DNA from: an uncultured Acidimicrobiia bacterium
Lineage (GTDB): Bacteria > Actinomycetota > Acidimicrobiia > Spongiisociales > ZC4RG35
Direction: 5' to 3'
Length of the DNA: 64,000 nt
Assembly: GCA_963790345.1 (NCBI GenBank)
Contig: CAWBOD010000006.1
Location: forward strand, 23,573-87,572
The notes under the pieces were generated by a model. It ran no database searches, was not told the origin of the DNA, and saw only the letters and a program-made list of their open reading frames with translations. A program made the position numbers and the translations under genes. This document shows, piece by piece, positions 55,293 through 64,000 of this stretch (its first letter is position 1; every line of letters begins with the position of its first letter).

Positions 55293-56568
55293 CTAGGCGC
55301 CGGGGCGTCCCAGGCCCCAATAGTCCAGACCGGCGGACCGGACGGCTTTGGGGTCGAGGAGGTTGCGGGCGTCGACGATTCTGTGGCCTCTCATCCGGCT
55401 CGCCACCGCAGTCAAGTCGATCGTCGCGAATTCGGGCCACTCGGTAGCAATCAAGAGCACATCGGCGCCGTCCACCGCCTCGAGAGCCGAGTCGGCATGG
55501 CGTATCCCGGGAGAGTGCGCTTCGGGGTCATACGACACCACTTCGGCGCCTTCCTCCATCAGGAGAGCCGCGATCCGCGTGGCGGGGGACTCTCTGACAT
55601 CGTCGGTACCAGCCTTGAAGGCGACACCCCACATCGCGATCAGGCGACCACTCAAGTCGCCCCCGGCGGCCATCCGGACTTTCGTTGCGACCCGTCGCCG
55701 TTGTTCCTCGTCGGCTTCGATGACGGCCTTGAGGAGCTTGAAGTCGTAGCCGGCATCCTCGGCCACCCCGATGAGGGCCAGCGTGTCCTTCGGAAAGCAG
55801 GAACCGCCATAGCCCGGGCCGGGGTTGAGGAAGTGCGGGCCAATCCGATGATCAAGACCCACTCCAGTCAGCACGTCGAGAATGTCGGCTCCGGCTGCCT
55901 CGCACAAGTTGGCGAGCGTGTTGGCGAACGTCAATCGCGTGGCGAGATACGAGTTGGAGGCGTACTTGATCATCTCGGCCGATGTCGGATCCGTCGTGAC
56001 GACGCGGGTTTCGAGGTTGTCGTACAGGGAGGCAACCAGATTCGCGTCATCGCTATCAAAGGCCCCGATGACGATCCGATCCGGATCCAGGAAATCGGAG
56101 ACGGCGCTCCCTTCCCGCAGAAACTCTGGATGAGATACCACCGCCGCCGCGCTGCCGAGGTTGGCCAGTCGCTTCCTCAAGCCAATCACGGTTCCGGGAG
56201 GCACGGTCGACTTCACGACGAAGACTGCCTCGGGTTCGACAATCAGAGCGAGTTCGTCGACTACGCCTTCGATGAAGCTCAGAGTCTGCCCGGCCGCGGG
56301 CGCCCGGCGGGGTCGGCAGGCACAAGAAGACGAGGCGCGAACCTTTGACCGCGTCCCGATTGGATCCGTGAAAGGTGAGCGCCCCGGTGCGGCGGCCACC
56401 ATCGAGCAGATCGGCAAGTCCATCTTCGAAAATCGGCACCTGGCCGTTCTCGAGCAAAGCCAGTCGGGCCGGATCTGCCTCCCCCAGCCCCACCTCATGG
56501 CCAAGGCGGGCCAGGCCGGCTGCCGTGACCAGACCCACATACCCGGCACCAATAACAGATACTTTCAC
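55293..56568 (-). CDS. ugd: UDP-glucose 6-dehydrogenase (frame disrupted)
   Basis: N-terminal MKVSVIGAGYVGLVTAAGLA Rossmann (56056-56568). Catalytic/C-terminal domains GYGGSCFPKD in 55293-56552. Confidence 0.8.
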
Positions 56569-56707
56569 GATTGCTCCCCTGCGAAGACCACCCCGTAGGG
56601 CAAGCTAGCCGTTTTGGGCGGTTCTGTCAGCATCCAATCCGACGATCACAACGGCATCGACTTCAGAGTCCAAGGAGCCGGTCGCAACTTCGCCGAAACC
56701 CAGGGCT

Positions 56708-57948
56708 TCAACGATCGCTTGACCCGCCAGAAGTTCGTCGGGACGAACCAGAACTCTGGTCGTTTCGAAATCGCTGCGATCGGCGTCCCCGACCGCTGTG
56801 ACCTCGAAACCCTGGTTTTCGAGGATGTCCGACCAACGCCCGGCGGAGCCCTTGGTGCCATTGCCATTGAGAACCTGGAGACGGAGCGGCTCGCGTGGCC
56901 GCGACGGTCATCGGTTGTCCCGACGCAAAGTGGGCGATCAGCTCATCCGCCTCGGGATGCTGCATGCGCACGATCGACATTTCCTCGAATGTGTCTAGAT
57001 ATACCGGGAGGGTCGCCGTCTCGATCTTCTGTCCTGAGATGGAACGCATTCGAAAGGCCAGATCGACGATCGAAGATCGGGCAAAAGCGGAATCGACCGT
57101 CAGATGCTGGGCAAAGCCGCCAACGATGGAACCCGCCTCGCTGATGCTGGAGGGGGTCTTGACCGCTCCGAGGATGGCGAGAATCAGGCTCTGTTGGCGC
57201 CCCGTGCGACCGATATCGTCAGCATCGACCGGGACCCATTTGCCGCCACGTTCCTCTTCGTAATGTCGCGATCGGGCATAGGCGAGGGCCTGGGATCCGT
57301 CCAGTAATTGGTATCCGGCTTCGACCGACAAACCGCTGTTGGCGTCGCGGGCCGGATAGGGAAAGTCGAGGTAGACCCCTCCGATGTCGTCCACCAGCGA
57401 TTGGAAGCCGACGAAGTCGACCTCGATGTAGTGGTGGACGGGAAGGCCGGTGAGTTGCTTCACCGTCCGGACCATCAGGGGAGCGCCGCCATATGCATAA
57501 GCAGCGTTGATCCGATCGGTTCCCTTCCGGGGATCTCGACCAGCAGGTCGCGGGGAAGCGACAGGATTTGTGCATTCCCATCCCCGGGGTAGAGCTTGAT
57601 CAACATGATGACGTCCCCGCGGGCGCCCTCGGATTCCCCGAAGTTCTGGAGGTTGTCGAGACCGGCCCGGGTGTCCGAGCCGATTACCAGGAAGACCAGG
57701 GGCTCGGCCGAGGCCGTGGGCCGGACCGTCAGCTCAGGCACCACTTCCTCGAGTTGGGTGGCGTTGTCACGAAAGGCATCCTGGGCCGACCTCAACGTCC
57801 AGTAGACCGCGAATACTGCGACGTTGGCGAACACGAGAAGGACGACGATCAGCCGCTTGATCCATGTCGAAGCCGTCCGAGGTTTCAGTCCGTTGGGCTG
57901 ATCGTGGACGCGTTGAGGCGGCGGTGTCATCGTGGAATCGAGGCTCAT
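56708..57948 (-). CDS. LytR-CpsA-Psr (LCP) family cell-envelope phosphotransferase (frame disrupted)
   Basis: N-terminal TM. FLVIGSDTRAG...GDVIMLIKL...LSLPRDL and second frame ...AYARSRHYEE. Confidence 0.75.
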
Positions 57949-58068
57949 TCGGCTACCTCTGAGACGCTCAGAAGAGTAGCAAGGTTCCGTACCCACAACC
58001 CTTGTGAAACCAAACCATCTCCGCTCGGCCACTAGCCTCCGAGCACCCACGTACAAGAGCGGAGACAG

Positions 58069-58822
58069 GTGGCCGTCCTACCCCACGAAGGAACATTTTC
58101 AATCCTCTACGGGACCTTTCCGGTTCCGATTGGGAGCGGCTATCGCCCTGGATACCTGGCTCGGCCCGATGAAGCCGGCAGGTTCCCGGTCATCTTTGTG
58201 CTTCCGGGAGTCGGTGGCCTCAACAGCTCCGAGAAAGACCTGTGCCGACGCCTGGCTCGTCGAGGATTTGCCTGTCTTGCCATCGACCTCTATCCGGGTC
58301 GGCGGAGGGCAGGTGGATTCCGACGGTCTGAGTGCCTACGCCTCCCAAACCGATCGAGCGATTTTGTCCGACATCGACGAGGCTCGTGAGTTCATCGAGA
58401 GCGATGACGTGTTCTGGGCGATCCCGGATCGTTGCGGGGTTCTGGGGTTTGACGTCGGGGGCCGCTTCGCCCTGATCGCCGCTGCTACCCGATCCTGGGC
58501 GCGGGCGGTAGTTGTCGTGTCTACTCCTCTAACCGGAGACGAGAACCGCGAGTTTCAGGTCGCTGAGATGCTCAAACACGTTTCGGTCCCGGTGTTGGGG
58601 CTCTACGGTTCGACTGACCCGTTGATCGCCGCGGAGACCGTCGATGCCGCCCAGGACCTGAATCAAGCCGGACAATGGCTCCTCTACGACGGTGGCGGAC
58701 ACGACTTCATGGATGACGGCAGCCCCGACTACGACGCCGCCGCTGCCGCCGATGCCGAAAGCCGGATGACCCAATTCTTCCAGCAGAGGCTTCCCAAGCC
58801 GGAGACGGTGGATCTGGGATAG
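58069..58822 (+). CDS. Dienelactone hydrolase family protein (frame disrupted)
   Basis: ...VIFVLPGVGGLN...ACLAIDLYPG and ...PVLGLYGSTDPLI...GGGHDFMD. Confidence 0.7.
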
Positions 58823-58840
58823 CGATCTTGGAACCGAGGG

Positions 58841-59536
58841 TCAGACCGCGCGGACGTGGCGGATTTCTCCGGCGATCAGGCTTTGAGTTCCAGTAACGGT
58901 GGCGACGATCAGAGAACCGTCTGTGCCGATGTCGATGGCTTGTCCTTCGCCACCGGGTTCCCAGGTGACCGATCTACCTACCGTGGCCGACAGCTCGAGA
59001 TAGCGATCGCGACCCCAGTTGGCGGGTCCGGCCGACATCCGTTCCAGGAAGCGGTCCGCCCAAGCCCTCGCGGTATCAACGACGGCGCCCGGGCCGGGGT
59101 CCTCGAACCACAGAGCGCCGCTTCCTGGCGGCGCCTCGGGCCACCAGAGGTTGAGACCGCATCCAACCACCAGGACGCCTCCGGACCCCTCGACCAGGAT
59201 CCCTCCGATCTTGTCGGCGCCGAGCAAGAGATCATTCGGCCACTTCAGACCGACATCGCCATCGATCACGTCCGCCGCCGCCAAGCCTGCCACCAGGGGG
59301 ATCAGCGGCCAGGAGCCGATATCCCAAACCGGGCGAAACGCCAGACTCGCGGCCACAGCTCGCGGGGCCGATTCCCAACTGCGCCGGCTCCGCCCTCGCC
59401 CCTCGGTCTGGCGTCCGGACACCACCAGAACAGGGTCGTCGACCAATGCCGTGGCGGCAACGTCCTGGGTCGAGGTGACTTCGTCGTAGACCTGCAGTGA
59501 ATAGGGTGTAGCCATCACGAGCCTGTTTGAGTCCAA
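58841..59536 (-). CDS. birA: Biotin--[acetyl-CoA-carboxylase] ligase (group I, no DNA-binding domain)
   Basis: GRQTEGRGRSRRSWES...GLKWPNDLLLGADKIGGILVE. Confidence 0.8.
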   Translation of the reverse strand: MDSNRLVMATPYSLQVYDEVTSTQDVAATALVDDPVLVVSGRQTEGRGRSRRSWESAPRAVAASLAFRPVWDIGSWPLIPLVAGLAAADVIDGDVGLKWPNDLLLGADKIGGILVEGSGGVLVVGCGLNLWWPEAPPGSGALWFEDPGPGAVVDTARAWADRFLERMSAGPANWGRDRYLELSATVGRSVTWEPGGEGQAIDIGTDGSLIVATVTGTQSLIAGEIRHVRAV

Positions 59537-59542
59537 ATTACC

Positions 59543-61123
59543 TTGGGTCCAAACAGCATATGGAGGGACGTCGTGGGTACTGAGGCGCGCATCGAACAGC
59601 TACGCAAGCTTCGGGAAGAGGCGCTGCACTCCGGTAGCAGACGGGCAGTGGACCGCCAGCACGAGCAGGGCAAGCTCACGGCTCGAGAGCGGATCGCCCA
59701 TCTCCTCGACAAGGGTTCCTTCCAGGAGATGGACATGCTGGTCCGCCATCAGGCCTCCGGGTTCGGCATAGAGCAGAAGCGCCCACCGGGCGACGCCGTC
59801 GTAACCGGTTACGGAACTGTCGACGGAAGAACCGTGTTTGTCTACGCAGAGGACTTCACCGTATTTGGTGGCAGCCTGGGACGAGCCGTCGCCGACAAGA
59901 TCTGCAAGCTCATGGACCTGGCGATGGAAGTTGGAGCGCCCATCATCGGTCTCAAGGACTCGGGGGGAGCCCGAATTCAGGAGGGAGTCGCTTCCCTCGA
60001 TGGTTACGGGCGCATCTTCGAACGCAACGTTCGCGCATCAGGGGTGGTCCCACAGATCTCGGTGATCATGGGACCCTGTGCAGGCGGGGCCGTTTACTCC
60101 CCTGCAATCACGGACTTCGTCATTCAGGTGGACAAGTCGTCGCACATGTTCATCACCGGACCCGATGTCATCAAAGCGGTTACAGGCGAGGAGGTCAGCT
60201 TCGAGGAACTCGGGGGAGCTCTCACCCATGCCTCGACCTCGGGCGTCACTCACTTCGTTTTCCAGGATGGTGTGTCCGCGCTCGACGGCGTCCGCTACAT
60301 GCTCTCGTTCTTCCCTCAGAACAACCTCGAGATGCCCCCGTACTTCCCCCCAATCGACAGTCGCGACAGAATCGAAGACGCCCTCGACTCGATCATCCCC
60401 GACTCGTCCAGTCAACCCTACGACATGGCATCTCTGATCGAGTTGGTCGTAGACGACGGAGAGTTCTTTCAGGTTCACGAGCATTGGGCCCGGAACCTGA
60501 TCGTCGGTTTTGGCCGGCTCGATGGGCAGTCGGTCGGAATAGTCGCCAATCAACCGGCGATCCTCGCCGGAACGCTCGACATCAAGGCATCGGAGAAGGG
60601 CGCCCGTTTCGTCAGGTTCTGCGACTCCTTCAACATTCCCATCGTCACTTTCGTCGACGTGCCCGGTTTTCTCCCAGGCGTTGATCAGGAGCACGGCGGC
60701 ATCATTCGCCACGGCGCCAAACTTCTCTATGCCTACTGCGAAGCGACCGTTCCGCGGATGTCGGTGATCGTTCGCAAGGCCTACGGAGGGGCCTATCTCG
60801 TCATGAATGCCCGCGGCATCCGGGCCGACATGGTTTTCGCCTGGCCGTCCGCCGAGATCGCCGTGATGGGCGCCCAGGGGGCGGTCAACGTGATCTTCCG
60901 ACGCGAGATCTCGGAAGCTGCCAGTGAAGAGGACAAGCGATCCGAGCTGATCGAGGATTACGAGGAGAAGTTCAACAATCCCTACCGGGCCGCCGAACTC
61001 GGTTTAGTCGATGAGGTGATCGAGCCTCGGGAAACCAGGGTGAAGCTGATCAGGGCGCTCGAAATGCTCCGGACCAAACGAGAGCATCTACCTCAGAAGA
61101 AGCACGGGAATATCCCGCTGTGA
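59543..61123 (+). CDS. accD: Acyl-CoA carboxylase carboxyltransferase (beta) subunit
   Basis: 526 aa with two crotonase-like CT domains and diagnostic GGA motifs. Confidence 0.9.
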   Translation: MGPNSIWRDVVGTEARIEQLRKLREEALHSGSRRAVDRQHEQGKLTARERIAHLLDKGSFQEMDMLVRHQASGFGIEQKRPPGDAVVTGYGTVDGRTVFVYAEDFTVFGGSLGRAVADKICKLMDLAMEVGAPIIGLKDSGGARIQEGVASLDGYGRIFERNVRASGVVPQISVIMGPCAGGAVYSPAITDFVIQVDKSSHMFITGPDVIKAVTGEEVSFEELGGALTHASTSGVTHFVFQDGVSALDGVRYMLSFFPQNNLEMPPYFPPIDSRDRIEDALDSIIPDSSSQPYDMASLIELVVDDGEFFQVHEHWARNLIVGFGRLDGQSVGIVANQPAILAGTLDIKASEKGARFVRFCDSFNIPIVTFVDVPGFLPGVDQEHGGIIRHGAKLLYAYCEATVPRMSVIVRKAYGGAYLVMNARGIRADMVFAWPSAEIAVMGAQGAVNVIFRREISEAASEEDKRSELIEDYEEKFNNPYRAAELGLVDEVIEPRETRVKLIRALEMLRTKREHLPQKKHGNIPL

Positions 61124-61148
61124 GGGCTCAAGGCCACGCAGAGGGATC

Positions 61149-61406
61149 ATGGAGGAGACGGAGACCGAGAGAGACGCCAGACGCCAGACGATCAGATCGC
61201 AAAGGGCTGAGCTTTCCGAAGGGTTCACCATCCAGACAGGTGACCCGTGCGTTCAGTTGTTCAGCGAGGCGATGAGCAAACTCGGTGAGCATTCGCTGCA
61301 CTCTTCAGCTCGAGATCATCGGCTCATCGAACTGTCGAGGATCCCGAAAGACGCGCAACTAGCAGATGAGAGGCGAGTTCGGAAGCGGAGCCAAAAGCGA
61401 TGTTGA
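61149..61406 (+). CDS. Hypothetical small protein
   Basis: 85 aa ORF between accD and accA; weak. Confidence 0.25.
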   Translation: MEETETERDARRQTIRSQRAELSEGFTIQTGDPCVQLFSEAMSKLGEHSLHSSARDHRLIELSRIPKDAQLADERRVRKRSQKRC

Positions 61407-61713
61407 CGAAGCGGGCGAAATCGCGATTGCCCACGCGGCCGCATCCTTCGGCGATGTTGGCTGCAGATCGAGACCGCCGCCCTCCTGGTCTGGTGCACCA
61501 AGCCGAACCGTTCCGATCTCGGAGAGCGGCCAGTTGCCCCATAGACGCAACACCCGAGGGGCTTGGCCTTTTGCCAAACCTTGAGCTGCCTGAAGTCGTT
61601 CACACATCAGCTATACGCATCCAACGCGAAGCTTTTCGTGAAGACGCCTGTCATCGAATCCGGAGCGCCACCGTCGGCCTGCCGCCTAACGGCCAGGGCT
61701 GGCGTCATGACGT

Positions 61714-61744
61714 CTCTGCCTACTGCCTACGTGGCTGCCTACTC
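61714..61744. repeat. CTGCCTACT tandem repeat (locus D) abutting accA start codon
   Basis: ctctgcctactgcctacgtggctgcctactcATG. Palindrome cgtcatgacg lies immediately upstream. Confidence 0.75.
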
Positions 61745-63487
61745 ATGAAGAGCCTCCTAGTCGCGAATAGAGGCGAAATCGCGGTTCGCGTCATCCGGAC
61801 GGCCCAGGAGATGGGGTTGCGGACAATCGCTGTCTATTCGGAACTCGACCGAGACGCCCTGCATGTCGAGATCGCCGACGAGGCTTGGAACATCGGTCCG
61901 CCGCCCGCCGCCGAGTCGTACCTCAACTCGGCTCGAATCTTGCAGGTGGCGCGTGCCGCCAAAGCGGACGCGATCCACCCCGGTTACGGGTTCCTCTCCG
62001 AGAATGCGAAGTTCGCGCGGGACGTCATCGCTTCGCGCATGATCTGGGTCGGGCCTCCACCCGATGCCATCGAGGCGATGGGAGACAAGATCACCTCCCG
62101 GCGCAACGCTCAGTCAGCGGGGGTGCCGACCGTTCCCGGCACCACCGAACCATTGAAGAGCGTGACGGAGGTCGCTGCTCTTGCGAAGGAGTACGGGTTC
62201 CCGGTTGCAATCAAGGCCGCCCATGGCGGCGGCGGCAAGGGAATGCGGGTGGTGGATAGCGAGGATGACATCGAGGCCGCTTTCGAAGGCGCCAAACGCG
62301 AGGCGGATGCCTATTTCGGAAGCCCCGAGGTCTATCTCGAGAAATACCTCCCCCGACCGCGCCACATCGAAGCTCAGGTCCTGTTCGATTCACACGGCAA
62401 AGGTGTGTTCCTCGGCGAACGAGACTGCTCGGTGCAGAGGCGTCACCAGAAGCTGATCGAGGAGACCCCTTCTCCGGGCCTGTCGGCCTCCAACCGCAAG
62501 GCCCTCGGAAAAGCGGCGCTGGCGGCCGCGGAGACCTGCGGATACGTCAATGCCGGCACGGTGGAGTTTCTGTTCGACCCTGACGAAGGACGCTTCTACT
62601 TCCTCGAGATGAACACCCGCCTGCAAGTCGAGCACACGGTCACCGAGATGGTTACCGGTCTTGACCTCGTGGAGTGGCAACTGCGGATAGCCGACGGCGA
62701 GAAACTCACGTTCGATTCGGTCAAGAGCAATGGGCACGCCATCGAATTCAGGATCAACGCCGAGGACCCGCTTCGTGGGTTCCTCCCCTCCCCCGGTCAG
62801 GTGGCCGACTATCGCGAGCCCGCCGGCCCGGGGATCCGCGTCGACAGCTGGATCCGCCCCGAGACCAGGGTGAGCCAGTACTACGACAACTTGATGGCCA
62901 AGCTGGTGGTCTGGGGAGCAGACCGGCCGGCGGCCATACGCAGAGCCCGTCGCGCCCTCAAGGAATATGAGATAACCGGTGTCGCCACCACGATCCCGGC
63001 CCACCTGGCGGTGCTCGACCATCCCGATTTCGAGGCTGGCACCCATTACACGAAGTGGATGGAAGATGTCGTCGTCCTGTCCGACCCCCTGCCCTCCTCC
63101 TCTCCGTCATTGCCAAGCGATGAAGAAGTCAGCCGCCATGACATGACGGTCGAAATCGGAGGCCGCCGATTCGCGGTCACCTACTGGGCGCCCGAAACCG
63201 GCACCAGCGTGGCAGCCGGCCCGGCGCGGAGGGTCAGGCCCAAGCTCGACCGGACCGCCTCGACGGCAGCCAGCGACGGGGTAGTCACAGCCCCGATGCA
63301 GGGCACCATCGTCAAGGTTCACGTGCGGGCGGGTGACAAGGTCGAGGCGAACCAGCCGATCTGCGTCCTCGAGGCAATGAAGATGGAGAACGAGGTGCGT
63401 TCCCCTAGCTCGGGCGAGGTCGTCGATCTCCGGGTGCAACCCGGAGACACGGTGGCCGTCGGCGCGGTGTTGGCAATAGTCAAATAG
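61745..63487 (+). CDS. accA: Acetyl-/propionyl-CoA carboxylase alpha subunit (biotin carboxylase + BCCP)
   Basis: MKSLLVANRGEIAVRVIRTA... ATP-grasp. C-terminal biotinyl domain EAMKMEN. Confidence 0.9.
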   Translation: MKSLLVANRGEIAVRVIRTAQEMGLRTIAVYSELDRDALHVEIADEAWNIGPPPAAESYLNSARILQVARAAKADAIHPGYGFLSENAKFARDVIASRMIWVGPPPDAIEAMGDKITSRRNAQSAGVPTVPGTTEPLKSVTEVAALAKEYGFPVAIKAAHGGGGKGMRVVDSEDDIEAAFEGAKREADAYFGSPEVYLEKYLPRPRHIEAQVLFDSHGKGVFLGERDCSVQRRHQKLIEETPSPGLSASNRKALGKAALAAAETCGYVNAGTVEFLFDPDEGRFYFLEMNTRLQVEHTVTEMVTGLDLVEWQLRIADGEKLTFDSVKSNGHAIEFRINAEDPLRGFLPSPGQVADYREPAGPGIRVDSWIRPETRVSQYYDNLMAKLVVWGADRPAAIRRARRALKEYEITGVATTIPAHLAVLDHPDFEAGTHYTKWMEDVVVLSDPLPSSSPSLPSDEEVSRHDMTVEIGGRRFAVTYWAPETGTSVAAGPARRVRPKLDRTASTAASDGVVTAPMQGTIVKVHVRAGDKVEANQPICVLEAMKMENEVRSPSSGEVVDLRVQPGDTVAVGAVLAIVK

Positions 63488-63560
63488 GGGAGAGCGCGGC
63501 GCCAGGCGCCGATCAAGAGAGGTCGGGGCCGACCCTCCTTGAGCCTTACCCTGAACCGGG

Positions 63561-64000
63561 ATGAGTTCTGGAAGATTCGTTACGCGGCTGTTGGTCGTCC
63601 TGCTGGTTGCAACCGGCCTGACCCTGGCCTTCGCCCGCTCGATCGATCCCATTCAGAATCCTTCTGGCTCCGTAGAAGTCGATACCACCACGACGACCTT
63701 GGCTCCCGCCTGCACAACCAAAGCGATCTCCAGGACCACCATCGTCGAGCCCGACCCCGCCACTCTTTCAATCGCGATTTCCCAGGCGGCTTTCGACTGT
63801 TCCGATATCGCAGTTGTGGCAAGCGGGGGCGCCGAAAATTTCATGGTCGGCGCCCAATTGGCCGCGGCCGCCGGCGGCCCTCTTTTGGTGGCGGTCGTGG
63901 GGGCGGACTCCCTGGGTGCCGAGATATCGAGATTGGATCCCGACCTCGTCTACGTCGTCGGCGACTCCTTTCCGCAACTTCCCACCGAGACCGAAACCCG
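63561..64000 (+). CDS. Secreted protein with cell-wall-binding repeat 2 (CWB2)-like motifs, partial (runs off window)
   Basis: Signal peptide MSSGRFVTRLLVVLLVATGLTLAFA. ISQAAFDCSDIAVVASGGAENFMVGAQLAAAAGGPLLVAV resembles CW_binding_2 repeats. Confidence 0.45.
   Translation, partial: MSSGRFVTRLLVVLLVATGLTLAFARSIDPIQNPSGSVEVDTTTTTLAPACTTKAISRTTIVEPDPATLSIAISQAAFDCSDIAVVASGGAENFMVGAQLAAAAGGPLLVAVVGADSLGAEISRLDPDLVYVVGDSFPQLPTETET

Overview
High-GC actinobacterial (Actinomycetota-like) chromosomal segment, mostly housekeeping genes. The conserved blocks are mreC/mreB/ndk/folC; tig-clpP-clpX; a tRNA cluster; prfB-ftsE-ftsX-M23 peptidase-smpB-ssrA; secA-hpf; sahH-PMI-manB with a glycosyltransferase block; cofD-cofE; and accD/accA. 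The mycobacteria-like synteny supports the phylum call.

Five things stand out and are detailed in the findings:
- A LAGLIDADG intein sits exactly on the third cysteine of the CxxxCxxC motif of a radical SAM (Rv2578c/SplB-like) gene.
- A dispersed composite repeat family (a GTAGGCAG-spaced module followed by tandem CTGCCTACT 9-mers) occurs at four intergenic loci.
- One large gene fuses a TLC/MFS-like transporter to HEAT repeats and a C-terminal cyclic-nucleotide-binding domain.
- Two tandem LPxTG surface-protein paralogs carry 27-nt coding repeats, conserved leaders and hairpin terminators.
- A tRNA cluster carries a partial tRNA-Arg duplicate and nearby gene remnants.

A tmRNA with tag AEDNFALAA and the canonical prfB +1 programmed frameshift site are present. 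More than 20 otherwise recognisable genes are split across reading frames. This indicates either indel-rich assembly or widespread pseudogenisation; gene spans are given as the union of fragments.
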